A stretch of DNA of 64,000 nucleotides from contig PEYJ01000011.1 in assembly GCA_002774425.1 (NCBI GenBank), positions 35,915 to 99,914 on the forward strand, given 5' to 3'. Positions 31,078-41,835 of this stretch are shown here, one piece after another. Each line of letters starts with the position of its first letter. The first letter of the stretch is position 1. This DNA is from Parcubacteria group bacterium CG08_land_8_20_14_0_20_48_21 (GTDB lineage: Bacteria; Patescibacteriota; Patescibacteriia; UBA1544). Both the position numbers and the translations under genes were made by a program. Under the pieces are notes generated by a model. It ran no database searches. It saw only the letters and a program-made list of their open reading frames with translations, and had not been told where the DNA came from.

Positions 31078-34000
31078 CTATAGTACCATACTTTCCGATG
31101 GTACGTCTATGTGGATGAAACTATTTCCAAAAATGACCCGCATATCATGCGTGAAGGAAGTTGTAAGATTGTATGATGCGTGCGTTTCCAGCTTGCGCGA
31201 TGCATCAAACCCCTGGTGAATGACCATGGTAAGCGGATGTGATCCCGGGTGCGACAATTGATATGTATGCAATGCGTCCTGTTGCGCGGCATCCGGCATC
31301 TCGCGTAACGTTAGTATGATTCCATCTCTTGCTGTATCCGTACCCGCACCGGCTGCTGGATATCCGGCGCTAGGGTCATCCTGAATTTCCCTCGTGCCAT
31401 CCGCGGTCGGTTGCATAAAATCTATGCTGCCAAGTTCTCGGCGTAGCTCCGCAACCGCTTGTGGATCATAGGCAAAAACCCGTTCCGCAATGAGTTTGCA
31501 TTCCGCATCTTTTCGTGATCGTTCGCCAACAATAACAATAGGCGCACCATCCTCCCACAACCGCTGGGTCTGGGCAAGAACACGCGGAAACACCACTACT
31601 TCAATGGAATCTCTGCCGTCTTCCAGCGTAACGAAAAGCATTGGTTCACCCGTGCGCGTGATGATGCGCTTTGCCGTGTGTACGATGCCGCCTACCGTCA
31701 CTCGGTCTTTCTTGCGAAACTTTTTCTGCTCCAGCACTTCCCGAATAGGCGTGATACTCCCCTCTAAATCCTTTTGCATGCCCGCATACGGATGCGCGGA
31801 TACGTACATACCTAGAAGCTCTTTCTCCCATCGCAAAAATTCCTCTTCGGGTACGGCTGTGACTTCCGCAAACTGCAGTTTGCGCAACGCATGGTTTTTC
31901 CCGAACAAACTTTCCTGCCCGCTCGCACGCTCCTCTTTAATATCCCGAATACATTGTATGATGGTTTCAAGATTTGCCAAGAGCGTTCCCCGATCGCCAT
32001 AACTGTCCAACGCCCCCGCTTTCACAAAACTCTCCAGAGATTTTTTGTTGAGGTCGCGGCTCTTGACCCGCTCGAGAAAATCTTCCAGCGAGGTAAAGGC
32101 ACCATTCTTTGCTCGCTCCTCAATAATCGCTTCAATGACGTGTTCGCCCACATTCTTAATAGCCGCAAGACCAAAGCGTATGTTGGTTGGCTCAATCCCA
32201 TCTTCCACAACAACGGTAAACCCTTTATAGCTTTCACGAATATCGGGTGGCAGAATTTCCAGTCCCATCCTGCGACATTCCTCAACCTCTATGGCAATGC
32301 GATCGGTATTGCCCTGGTCAGCGGTCAACAACGCCGCCATGAATTCAGCGGGGTAATTCGCTTTGACATATGCGGTCTGGTAGGCAATAAGCCCATAGCA
32401 TGCCGCGTGCGACTTGTTAAAGCCGTAGCGCGCAAACGGTTCCACGAACTCAAATACCTTCTGCGCGACTTCCAGCGCAACGCCTTGTGCGACACATCCG
32501 GCAATGAACTTCTCCTTTTGTTTGGCCAAAAGAGAGGCGATTTTTTTCCCCACAGCTTTACGGAGCACATCCGCCTCGCCAAGCGTAAAACCGGCAAGAT
32601 CGCGCGCTATTTGCATGAGCTGCTCCTGGTATACCGCTACGCCGTAGGTTGGCGAAAGTATCGGCTCCAACTTCGGATGCAGATAGGTCGCCTTTTTCTT
32701 GCCGTGCTTGCCCAAGATAAAGTCCGGGATAAGATCCATGGGTCCCGGCCGATAGAGGGCAACCATCGCGACAATATCCTCAAAAGCCGTGGGCTTTAAC
32801 TCTTTTAAGTACCGCTTCATACCGCTACTCTCCAGCTGAAATACACCGGTTGTATCTCCTTTTTTTAATAAAGTGTATGTGGCATCATCGTCCAGCGGCA
32901 GGTTGTCAATAGAGAGCGCAACCCCGCGTGTGCGCTTTACAATGCGCAGCGCTTCCTCCAGAATGGATAAGTTTTTGAGTCCCAAAAAATCCATTTTGAG
33001 AAGCCCCAAGTCTTCTATCGCGTGCATTTCGTACTGTGTTACTACTGTTGCGTCGCTTGAGCTTGCGTACTGCAGCGGCGTATAAGTGACCAGGGGTTTT
33101 GGGGTGATTACAACCGCGCACGCATGTGTTGAGGTGTGCCGCACCACACCCTCAAGTTTTTTAGCCGTATCAATAAGTATTTTTGCGTCATGGTCGGTAT
33201 CATAGAGCGCCCGAAGTTCGGGTTCCGCCCCGAGCGCTTCATCCAACGTCTTAAACAAGGGAATGAGTTTTGCGATACGGTCGCAAAAACCGTAGGACAT
33301 ATCCAGTACGCGCCCCACATCTCGCACAGCAACACGCGCCGCCATGGTGCCAAACGTGATCACCTGCGCCACGTGATCTTTTCCATATTTATTTTCCACA
33401 TACCGCAGCACTTCATCCCGCCGCGTATCCGCAAAATCCAGGTCAATATCCGGCATGGAAATGCGTTCCGGATTCAAGAAACGCTCAAACAGCAGATCGT
33501 ACTGCAAAGGATTAATGTTGGTAATGTTGAGGAGATAGGCCACGAGAGATCCGGCAGCGCTTCCGCGTCCCGGACCAACCACAATTTGGTGCGCTTTCGC
33601 CCAGTTGACAAAATCGGCAACGATTAAAAAATAGGAGGCGAAGCCGGTTTTCCTAATAATCCCTAATTCGTAGAAAAGACGATCCTGAATACGCGTGAGC
33701 TCATCCGAAGAAGCGTCTGCAAAACGCGTCGCAACGCCTTGTGCGCAGAGATTTTCAAGATGGCTGTATTCGGTTTCTCCAGAGGGAACGGTAAAGTGCG
33801 GCAGCACCGTCTCCCCAAGCACGAGGTCCACTGTACATGTATCCGCAACTTTTTTGGTATTGGTGATTGCTTCGGGAACATCTCGCCAAAGATGCGCCAT
33901 CGCCTCTGCCGAGGTCAATGAGTAATCTTCATCAAGCATGCATAGCCGATCCGTATCCTTTTTTTTCTTTTTGGTTTGAATGCAGACCAGCACATCCTGG

Positions 34001-34647
34001 GCTTCATTGTCTTCGGGACGCAGGTAGTGCGCATCTTGCGTCGCGACCAACGGCACACCCGTGTGCTTGGCTAACTCTGTAAGCTTCTCTGAAATCCGCA
34101 TGGCTTCCGGTAAATGCGTATGCCTCCAGGCTTCCAAATAAAAATCTTCGCCGAACTCCCGGAGATACTTTTCAACAAGCACAACCGCGTCTTCAACTTC
34201 ATGCGTGCGCAAGTAAGTGGCGATCTCCCCGTTTAAACAGCCGGAGAGTACGATCACCCCCTCTTTATGCCGGAGGAGTGTTTCCCAGTCAATTCGGGGT
34301 TTGTAGTAGAATCCTTCAAGGTGCGCAATGGTTGTAAGCTTCAGCAAGTTCTGGTAGCCAATATTATTTTTTGCCAAGAGCGTAATGTGCCGCCGCTCCC
34401 GATCTTGCGCTGAATTTTTATTGGCAAGACCGTGCTGCGCCATATACGCTTCTACACCGATAATGGGTTTAATCCCCTCTTTTTTGCACGCTTTATAAAA
34501 CGCCAACGCGCCGTACATGACACCGTGATCGGTTAGCGCCAGCGCGGTTGCATTGTCTTTTTTCGCAGCCCTCACCAAGTCCGGTATCTGCCCAAGGCCA
34601 TCCAGCAAGCTGTAGTGCGAATGGGTATGGAGGTGGATAAATGACAT
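31078..34647 (-). CDS. dnaE: DNA polymerase III alpha subunit
   Basis: HLHTHSHYSLLDG PHP domain, GRGSAAGS, PDIDLDF, KMDFLGL, YGFNKSHA, OB fold. Confidence 0.98.
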   Translation of the reverse strand: MSFIHLHTHSHYSLLDGLGQIPDLVRAAKKDNATALALTDHGVMYGALAFYKACKKEGIKPIIGVEAYMAQHGLANKNSAQDRERRHITLLAKNNIGYQNLLKLTTIAHLEGFYYKPRIDWETLLRHKEGVIVLSGCLNGEIATYLRTHEVEDAVVLVEKYLREFGEDFYLEAWRHTHLPEAMRISEKLTELAKHTGVPLVATQDAHYLRPEDNEAQDVLVCIQTKKKKKDTDRLCMLDEDYSLTSAEAMAHLWRDVPEAITNTKKVADTCTVDLVLGETVLPHFTVPSGETEYSHLENLCAQGVATRFADASSDELTRIQDRLFYELGIIRKTGFASYFLIVADFVNWAKAHQIVVGPGRGSAAGSLVAYLLNITNINPLQYDLLFERFLNPERISMPDIDLDFADTRRDEVLRYVENKYGKDHVAQVITFGTMAARVAVRDVGRVLDMSYGFCDRIAKLIPLFKTLDEALGAEPELRALYDTDHDAKILIDTAKKLEGVVRHTSTHACAVVITPKPLVTYTPLQYASSSDATVVTQYEMHAIEDLGLLKMDFLGLKNLSILEEALRIVKRTRGVALSIDNLPLDDDATYTLLKKGDTTGVFQLESSGMKRYLKELKPTAFEDIVAMVALYRPGPMDLIPDFILGKHGKKKATYLHPKLEPILSPTYGVAVYQEQLMQIARDLAGFTLGEADVLRKAVGKKIASLLAKQKEKFIAGCVAQGVALEVAQKVFEFVEPFARYGFNKSHAACYGLIAYQTAYVKANYPAEFMAALLTADQGNTDRIAIEVEECRRMGLEILPPDIRESYKGFTVVVEDGIEPTNIRFGLAAIKNVGEHVIEAIIEERAKNGAFTSLEDFLERVKSRDLNKKSLESFVKAGALDSYGDRGTLLANLETIIQCIRDIKEERASGQESLFGKNHALRKLQFAEVTAVPEEEFLRWEKELLGMYVSAHPYAGMQKDLEGSITPIREVLEQKKFRKKDRVTVGGIVHTAKRIITRTGEPMLFVTLEDGRDSIEVVVFPRVLAQTQRLWEDGAPIVIVGERSRKDAECKLIAERVFAYDPQAVAELRRELGSIDFMQPTADGTREIQDDPSAGYPAAGAGTDTARDGIILTLREMPDAAQQDALHTYQLSHPGSHPLTMVIHQGFDASRKLETHASYNLTTSFTHDMRVIFGNSFIHIDVPSESMVL

Positions 34648-34721
34648 AACGTTTCCCTGCAAACAAAATCACCTCGTCCGGTGGCAGAAGAGATGATTTG
34701 TAAAGATACAAAACAAAAATG

Positions 34722-35018
34722 TTATTTTGCTGATTTTTTTGTAGCCTGTTTTTTCTTTTTTTTCTGCATGTAGTCCGCGACCTGCTTGCCCACATCAATG
34801 AGCGTTGCAATATGCGCGGTGGAGGTATGTATTTTTTCTTTGATACCGTTGACGATCTCCTGTACACCGTCTACCACGCTCAGCAGTTTCTTGCTCGCCT
34901 TGTATGCGTTGCGCAGGATCATCGCAAAGTAGAAGATGGTCCATGTTACGAATAGTGTAAACCACAGCACGCAGAACGCAAGAACAATGTTCAAAATGTC
35001 TCTTGAGGTTTCAAGCAT
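34722..35018 (-). CDS. Small membrane hypothetical protein
   Basis: 98 aa: TM helix, helical segment and basic tail; co-oriented between pheT and dnaE. Confidence 0.75.
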   Translation of the reverse strand: MLETSRDILNIVLAFCVLWFTLFVTWTIFYFAMILRNAYKASKKLLSVVDGVQEIVNGIKEKIHTSTAHIATLIDVGKQVADYMQKKKKKQATKKSAK

Positions 35019-35100
35019 AGCGCATGGGGAATGAAGAAGTATGGAGAAAAGAGTTAAGAGTATTTTGGAATGTAGGAGCTGTTTTTTTCAAGGGGAGATT

Positions 35101-37539
35101 TTACGCCCGGAGCAACGCACCGCAGTCTCTCTCCAATGCACTCCGTATCTGCCGCATTTCCTTTTCCACTTCTTTATCGGTAAGCGTGCGGTCGGACGCG
35201 CGAAAGATCAAGTGGAACGCCATACTTTTTTTACCCTGACCAATTTCCTGTCCTGCAAATACATCAAAGAGTTCAAGCTGCGCAAGTAGGGTACTGCTGG
35301 TGCGTACCACACTTGCAAGTGTAGTGTACACCATTTCAGTATCTACGACAAACGCAATATCACGCATGGCGGCAGGATAGTGCGGCAGCGGCGTAAAAGC
35401 GATTTTCTGCCGTATGGCAGCAACAAGCCCGTCAAGCGCAAAACCCCAAATACCGACCTTACTCTTGGCAAACATGCGGCGGGAGTATTTGGGGTGTACT
35501 TCCCCGACCAAGCCAACGCGCGCATCGCCTACCAAAATTTCCGCACCACGACAGGGGTGGACAAGTGGATACAGTTTCTCACTCGCACGAAACTTCGGTG
35601 CGTATCCAAGCGTTGTGAGGAGCCGTCGTACCAACTCCGCCGTTTCATTCCATGCGATCCCCTCATCTTTCCATACCGCACCGGCGCACATGGTCGGCTG
35701 CGATGGCAGTTTCGTCTTGGCATCCGGATGAGCCGCGTCTTCTCCCGTTGCATTAAAAAATACTCTCCCTATTTCAAATATTCTCCCCCGCGGAAACTGC
35801 CGTTCATTGGTTGCTACATTGCGCAAGAGTCCCGGAAGCAAGCTCGTGCGCAATGTCGTCGCATCCTCACTGATAGGATTTGCAAGATGCAACGCGCTTT
35901 TCCGGGGCATCCCAACCAACAACAGATCATCGCCTCCGGAAAAACCATAATTGAGCACCTCGGTCATACCAAGCGCCGCAGCGGACTTTCTGATAGTATG
36001 CTGCAACCGCAATTGAGGGTTGTAATGCCGCACGCTCATGCGCTGCAGGGGCAAGGTGGGTTTGAGCATGCCGTAGCCTAATCCCCTGCCAATCTCCTCT
36101 ATCACATCTTCGGGTAGGGTGATGTCTCTTCCGGCGCGCCAATGCGGCGCCACAACCGTAAAGACACCTTTTTTCTTTTCCTCAACCAAAAAGCCGAATC
36201 GTGCGAGCACGCCCTTGATGTCGCGAGGTTTCAGCGTTGTACCCAATTTTTGTTCCACGAGCACATGCGGCAGTGTAATGGTTGCAAGTTTCCTTTTCTT
36301 GGAATGGATGTCGCTCACCGCGGAGGTGATTTTTGCGTCCGGCAAAAGCTGCAGTGCCAATGCTACCGCGCGAGCCAAACCTTGTGGCGCAAGTTCCGGA
36401 TCCAGCCCTTTTTCAAAGCGCGCTGATGATTCACTCCGCAGGCCGAGACGCATGGAAGTGGTACGAACGGTTACGGCGTCAAAGTTTGCCGATTCAAAAA
36501 TTATACTTGTTGTTGCGCCGGTAATGCCTGACGATCCGCCACCCATAATTCCCGCAAGCGCTATGGGTTGTACGCCATCGGTGATCACGAGCATCATATC
36601 ATCCAGCGTGCGTTCTGCCTCATCCAGTGTAGTGAGCGTTTCACCTATTTTTGCGCGGCGCACGCCAATTTCTCGCACGCGCGCGGCATCAAATGCGTGC
36701 ATGGGCTGCCCCAGTTCCAACAGCACGTAATTGGTAATATCAACCATGTTATTGATTGGCCGCACCCCTCCCGCAACGAGGCGCTTGCGCAACCAATAGG
36801 GAGACGGTGCGATGTGTATGCCCTCCATGCGCACCGCCGTATAGCGCGGACAGTCAAGAGAATCGGTAACGTTCACTGATAATTTTTCTTTTGGCACTTT
36901 GGTAAACACACCTTTCGTAAAATCCCTCTCGATAAATTTTGCATGCGCAACCGCAGCCAAATCCCGCGCCATACCATAATGCCCCCACAGATCCGGCCGA
37001 TGCGTCAGCGACTTGTTGTCAATGTCAAAAATACTGTCTATCAGATCAAGCGCATCCGCCAGCGGCGTTCCGGCGCGCGCTTTCGTGTCACAGGTAATAT
37101 CCAAAATATGGTGATCATCGGCGGGAAAGAATGACTCCAATCCCAATTCGGCGGCGGCACAAATCATGCCAAAACTTTTTTCCCCGCGTATTTCCGTTTC
37201 GTTGAGTTCCACCAAATTTCCTTCACCGTGCCACCTCACTTTCGCGCCCGGCAAAGCGACCGCCACGCGCATGCCTTCCTGAAGATTGACCCCTCCGCAT
37301 ACGATGCGTACGGTTTCTTTGCCGATGTTCGTTTCCCCCACGCGCAGTTTGTCGGCATTAGGGTGTGGCAGCACGCGCACAACCTCTCCAACGACCACCT
37401 TATCCAGCGGCTGCGGTGCAAGTTCCCTCACGCCCTCCACTTCTACCATGCGCGTGGTCATCAAGACACTCAACTGTTGAGAGGTGAGTTTCTTTGATAA
37501 GGGGACGTATGCTTCAAGCCAGGAACGACTCACTAACAC
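35101..37539 (-). CDS. pheT: Phenylalanine-tRNA ligase beta subunit
   Basis: HPNADKL, HRPDLWGHYGMARD, GQPMHAFD, RFEKG, EEIGR, FDX-ACB C-terminus. Confidence 0.98.
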   Translation of the reverse strand: MLVSRSWLEAYVPLSKKLTSQQLSVLMTTRMVEVEGVRELAPQPLDKVVVGEVVRVLPHPNADKLRVGETNIGKETVRIVCGGVNLQEGMRVAVALPGAKVRWHGEGNLVELNETEIRGEKSFGMICAAAELGLESFFPADDHHILDITCDTKARAGTPLADALDLIDSIFDIDNKSLTHRPDLWGHYGMARDLAAVAHAKFIERDFTKGVFTKVPKEKLSVNVTDSLDCPRYTAVRMEGIHIAPSPYWLRKRLVAGGVRPINNMVDITNYVLLELGQPMHAFDAARVREIGVRRAKIGETLTTLDEAERTLDDMMLVITDGVQPIALAGIMGGGSSGITGATTSIIFESANFDAVTVRTTSMRLGLRSESSARFEKGLDPELAPQGLARAVALALQLLPDAKITSAVSDIHSKKRKLATITLPHVLVEQKLGTTLKPRDIKGVLARFGFLVEEKKKGVFTVVAPHWRAGRDITLPEDVIEEIGRGLGYGMLKPTLPLQRMSVRHYNPQLRLQHTIRKSAAALGMTEVLNYGFSGGDDLLLVGMPRKSALHLANPISEDATTLRTSLLPGLLRNVATNERQFPRGRIFEIGRVFFNATGEDAAHPDAKTKLPSQPTMCAGAVWKDEGIAWNETAELVRRLLTTLGYAPKFRASEKLYPLVHPCRGAEILVGDARVGLVGEVHPKYSRRMFAKSKVGIWGFALDGLVAAIRQKIAFTPLPHYPAAMRDIAFVVDTEMVYTTLASVVRTSSTLLAQLELFDVFAGQEIGQGKKSMAFHLIFRASDRTLTDKEVEKEMRQIRSALERDCGALLRA

Positions 37540-37658
37540 AAAGGTAAAAGGTAAGGAATAAGCATGGTAGGTAAGCTACACCATACGCAAGATCCGTATG
37601 AGCGTGGATGCGTCAAAAGCGGCGTATGATCTTGTATGTGGAGGTAGCGAAGATGTTT

Positions 37659-38711
37659 CTAAAATTGTTGGAGCAACCGCAAATCACCGGAAAGCAGCAG
37701 CCGAATATCGGTGATTCTGTATTTCATCATAACCAGCCGAGTTAAGCCAAAACCGAACGCAAAACCCTGGTATTTTTTTGCATCAATATTTCCCGCTTTC
37801 AAGACATGAGGATGCACCAATCCCGCACCCATAAATTCCACCCAGCCGGTTTTTTTGCATACGGAACACCCCTTCCCCTCGCAGAGTACGCACGAGAGAT
37901 CAAGCTCCACCCCAGGCTCTACAAACGGAAAATATCCGGGGCGGAGGCGCACGTCCACATCTTTTTGAAACAGTTCACGTAAAAAAGTGCGGAAAACGCC
38001 AATAAGATCACTCATAGAGATATGCTCATCAATGAGCAACCCTTCCACTTGGTCAAAGGTGGTCTCGTGCGATGCGTCAGTTGCCTCGTACCGATACACG
38101 CGACCGGGAACAATAATTTTTAAGGGAGCCCCAATCGCGCGCATGGCGCGAATTTGCATGGGCGAGGTATGCGTGCGCAAAAGCAGCCGTTCAGATCCGG
38201 CAGTTTCATGCAGCCAAAAAGTATCCTGCGTGTCGCGCGCCGGATGATCCGCCGGAATATTCAGCGCTTCAAAATTATAGTACTCGGATTCCACTTCCGG
38301 CCCTTCCCATACGTCAAATCCCATGGCAACAAAAATATCTTCTAACTCCTCCCGAACACGGGTAATGGGGTGGAGGTGCCCTTCTTCCATGAGCAGCCGC
38401 TCCAAGATGGGTTGGGTCACCTCAATCCTTTCTTTCTGCAAACTCCCCTCAATTGCCGCCGCTTCAAGCGCTGATCGCTTATCCGCAAATACCGCTGCAA
38501 TGTGCCGTTTTATTGCATTGGCTTCCTTACCTGCCGCGGGACGCTCGTCTTTTGGCAATGCCGAAACACCTTGTATGAACAACGTCAATTTGCCGTTTTT
38601 CCTGCCAAAAAAGTTTTGGTCTATGGCATCCAAATCATCCAGTGTCCTTGCGCTGGCGATCGCTTGATCTGCCTCTTTTTGTAATTGCCTAAGTTGTTCT
38701 TGTATCGTCAT
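37659..38711 (-). CDS. pheS: Phenylalanine-tRNA ligase alpha subunit
   Basis: GHLHP, HPARDTQDTF, LRTHTS, YFPFVEP, GFAFGFG; ATG at 38711. Confidence 0.98.
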   Translation of the reverse strand: MTIQEQLRQLQKEADQAIASARTLDDLDAIDQNFFGRKNGKLTLFIQGVSALPKDERPAAGKEANAIKRHIAAVFADKRSALEAAAIEGSLQKERIEVTQPILERLLMEEGHLHPITRVREELEDIFVAMGFDVWEGPEVESEYYNFEALNIPADHPARDTQDTFWLHETAGSERLLLRTHTSPMQIRAMRAIGAPLKIIVPGRVYRYEATDASHETTFDQVEGLLIDEHISMSDLIGVFRTFLRELFQKDVDVRLRPGYFPFVEPGVELDLSCVLCEGKGCSVCKKTGWVEFMGAGLVHPHVLKAGNIDAKKYQGFAFGFGLTRLVMMKYRITDIRLLLSGDLRLLQQF

Positions 38712-38812
38712 ACGGGGAAAGGTAAAGGAATGATTTCTCCAGTGTAGCAAAGAATGCTCTATGTGGTCAACCACACATAGCTTGCAGATTGTATAGCTGG
38801 TAGCTTGCTGTA

Positions 38813-38848
38813 TGTACACAACCCCGCCGAAAGGCGGGGTTGTGTACA
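38813..38848. repeat. Perfect 16-bp inverted repeat
   Basis: TGTACACAACCCCGCC-GAAA-GGCGGGGTTGTGTACA. Confidence 0.8.
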
Positions 38849-38922
38849 GAAAATTATTGGGATGTTTTTTTTGTTTGCTCAAGCATATTTTTTACCACTA
38901 ATTTTTTCCGCAAATTAACTAT

Positions 38923-39938
38923 CTTAGTTTCTAGAATTTAACGCAACAGCGTTATCGAGTAATTGATTAAAGACTTCGTAAGGCTTTTGGAAGTCCAGCG
39001 CCGCCCTTGGGCGGTCATTAAGTAAATCCTGCACCTTCTTCTTAACTGGATATCTTGTTGAAATCCGTGCCCTTAGGAAAGAATTGTCTGATCAATCCGT
39101 TGGTATTTTCATTCGTGCCTCGTTCCCACGGACTGCGCGGATGGGCAAAGTAAACTTTAATGCCGCTGATTTTAGTGAACAGTTTATGCCGAGCCATTTC
39201 CCGCACCTGGTCATAGGTCATGGTCAATTTCATTTGTCGAGGCAGTTTTTTTACTTCTTTGGCAAATGCCTTAGCTACAATTTCAGCCCCTCTGCTTTTT
39301 ACCGGAACGAGGATAGTCGTGCGGGTCGCGCGCTCTACCAGAGTGCCAAGAGCCAAACGATTGTTCTTTCTGATAATCAAATCGCCTTCACAGTGCCCGG
39401 GGATAATCCTGTCTTCCACCTCTTTCGGCCGTTCCTCGATCGAGAGCATATCTTCTATTCTCCGCTCCATTTTGACGCTCCTGGACTGCTTATGTCTTCT
39501 CTTGTGGTTCTGCCGCAAACAGGCTGTCAGCTCTTTTTTAAGAGAGCCACGGGGAAGAACATAGACGTAGGTGTAAATCGCTTCCGGCGAGATGCGCATA
39601 GTCATATCTAGAGGATAATCTTTTTCCAGTTCTTCTGCAATCTGCCGTGGCGACCATTTCTTTTTTCTCAGTTTTTTCAGAATATATTTCCACAATGCCG
39701 GGTTGTCGTTCAGCTTGTATTTGTTGGTCTTCCTCTTGGACGAATTCCGTTTGGCCCGATGCTGCGCCGTAACTGCTCGATAGGTGCGCTTATCGCAACC
39801 GCCAAATCCGATTTCCCGACTGATGGTGCTTGCATGCCTATCTAGATACTTGGTAATACTACGAACCGAAAATCCTTACGAGAACATCCAGCTGATATCT
39901 TCCCGTTCTAAATCGCTTAATCTTTTATAATTTATCAT
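38923..39938 (-). mobile_element. Decayed IS30-family element (transposase pseudogene)
   Basis: N-terminus MINYKRLSDLERE..STISREI with an in-frame TAA; WSPRQIA, ISPEAIY, GHCEGDL, SPWERGTNENTNGLIRQFFPKGT; frameshifted tail LNDRPR..VALNSRN. One IR-like end at 38923-38948. Confidence 0.92.
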
Positions 39939-40020
39939 AGATATCTAAAGTAATTTTTAAAAATCAAATCCATCCAATTGAAGCTAAAATACTGTCTTGA
40001 CAGGCAGTCCGCCTTACACT

Positions 40021-40098
40021 TTACTTGCTATCGGAAAGCGTGCGGCTTTCTATAAATTCTTCAGGTGATGGCATCTGCTCTCGTTCTCTTGGGGTCAT
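40021..40098 (-). pseudogene. Possible truncated small ORF (MTPREREQMPSPEEF...)
   Basis: 25-codon ORF next to the IS30 remnant, with a protein-like acidic N-terminus. Confidence 0.3.
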
Positions 40099-40399
40099 AA
40101 AAATATGGCTTAAAAAGTAAATCTTTCTTCAAGCATACCCCCCCTGCCGTTTTGTCAACCACAAAGCTGTTGACAGGCGTAAGCGATCAGTAGTAAAAAA
40201 ACAACATGTGTTTTATATCGAGGTTGGTCAAAAAAAATGGATGTTGGACAGCGCATAGCGCTTTGGCGCAGGCATCGTACATACACTCTGCGTACACGAA
40301 GCCAATTTTCTCGCAAATGTATATGGTAAACTTGGCAGTCAGGCTGCCAAGACAAATAAAAAAGAGTGATTGCGCTCAACGCTATCACTCCGTACATCA

Positions 40400-40957
40400 C
40401 TACGATGAAATGGGCAAAATTTGCGCGTTGTCCCACCTATCGCGCACATCCCATAACGCATGCACACACGACGCAAACTTGGAGCTTAGCGCAAAATATA
40501 CTTTTGCCTGCTCATCACTTATCACACTTTGGTCGTGCGCGTGTATACGATACGCGATGCTTCCCATGGTCATGAAATAGCTGATCGTGGATCGTTTGTC
40601 GGCAAACTCCGGAAATATGCCGACAACAAACAGCGCGTAATCGCCAATTGCCTTCAAAGGCACATCTGCTTTAAATGGACTGTAGGTTGCTTCAATCGGC
40701 TGATCTTGATACGCGTATATCTTGCGCGCCGCATCTCTTAGGTATGGCCATGAAATGTTTGGCGATTCGGCCTCTTGCATCATCTGTACCGGCTTCATGT
40801 GACTAAAGTGCGCCAAGAGTTGCGCCAGATATAGTTGTATCGCGGGATCCAGAGGATATAGTGTTGTGTCGGTAATGCAGCCAAAAAAGAATTCGCATAC
40901 GTCTGCGTAGCTACGTACCGTCACGAAACGGCGGGATATTTCGGATATACGGTTCAT
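40400..40957 (-). CDS. Uncharacterised helical protein (185 aa)
   Basis: AAGGAGGT SD; YLAQLL, IGDYALFVVGIFPE and YFMTMGSIAY resemble a family of hypothetical proteins I recall from other phyla. Confidence 0.82.
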   Translation of the reverse strand: MNRISEISRRFVTVRSYADVCEFFFGCITDTTLYPLDPAIQLYLAQLLAHFSHMKPVQMMQEAESPNISWPYLRDAARKIYAYQDQPIEATYSPFKADVPLKAIGDYALFVVGIFPEFADKRSTISYFMTMGSIAYRIHAHDQSVISDEQAKVYFALSSKFASCVHALWDVRDRWDNAQILPISS

Positions 40958-40963
40958 GGGCTA

Positions 40964-41046
40964 CCTCCTTATGGTTGGTCGGAAAGCTCACCGTGTTTTG
41001 GAAAGATCGTTTTTTTGACTTTAATCCTGTATGGTTCCTTTGTCAA
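40964..41046 (-). promoter_or_regulatory. Promoter, boxA-like motif and SD
   Basis: TTGACA-17-TAAAGT (41046-41018); CGATCTTTCCAAAA (41009-40996); AAGGAGG. Confidence 0.7.
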
Positions 41047-41432
41047 ATTTTTGGCGCTTTGCCGTTGCGGGACAAAAAGAAAAGCTCTATAACCGTATGC
41101 GCCATGATAAACAAAAAAACATTCACCGCGGTTAGCATGTCTTGGGATTGCAAGAAAAGCATGATAACGAGAAACAGCGCAAACCACACGCCCTGGCGAA
41201 ACGACACCGGCACCTGTCGGAACTGCAATTCATGCCGCTTGCATATACGACGCATGCCAAGACCTGCCAACGAAAAAGTCCCAACGAGCGCTAAAAACAA
41301 ACTCGTATAGAATAACACAAATCCTATTACCCCTGCGTCATACGGATTGATGCGCAAGAGTATGAGCACCCAGGCAAGCCAGCACAATACCGTACACAAG
41401 AGAATGGATATGATGAAAAAGCGGAGTGACAT
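41043..41432 (-). CDS. Four-TM hypothetical membrane protein
   Basis: 129 aa, four hydrophobic helices, SFRQG motif. Confidence 0.82.
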   Translation of the reverse strand: MSLRFFIISILLCTVLCWLAWVLILLRINPYDAGVIGFVLFYTSLFLALVGTFSLAGLGMRRICKRHELQFRQVPVSFRQGVWFALFLVIMLFLQSQDMLTAVNVFLFIMAHTVIELFFLSRNGKAPKI

Positions 41433-41529
41433 AATTGCATGAAAATTCTAACGCATCACATGAAACACTCTTACCCTATACGCACTCTTGAAGAGAGTTT
41501 GTGTGATGTGCTATATTGTACCACACTTT

Positions 41530-41835
41530 TTACGAAATCCGCACGATGATTGTTTTGACTACCGTTGTGCCAAGAACTTTTGCAAGATGTCGCACTATTT
41601 CTCCCGCGCGGGCGCGCACTTCAGATGCGGCGGGAGAACTCGCGGTCACATATACAAGTATGCCTGCGCGCACGGAGTGCGCCCGAACTCGTTCGGCAAC
41701 AGCATCATCACATACTTTGGCCAAAGTTTTTTGCGCTTCTTCCACCACTACCGCCGCCTCTATCTGCTTTCGCAACCCATGCTTGGTGATGAGTGATGAT
41801 GTTAAGAGTGTTTTTTTGAGGGTTTGGAAAGACAT
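41530..41835 (-). CDS. DciA (DUF721)-family protein
   Basis: 101 aa; AHSVRAGILVYVTASSPAASEV fits the KH-like DUF721 pattern. Confidence 0.65.
   Translation of the reverse strand: MSFQTLKKTLLTSSLITKHGLRKQIEAAVVVEEAQKTLAKVCDDAVAERVRAHSVRAGILVYVTASSPAASEVRARAGEIVRHLAKVLGTTVVKTIIVRIS

Noticed and set aside
38712-38920. T-box leader for pheS
   Set aside because: No T-box consensus (GGTGGNACCGCG) is present, and the promoter lies only about 30 nt from the start codon.
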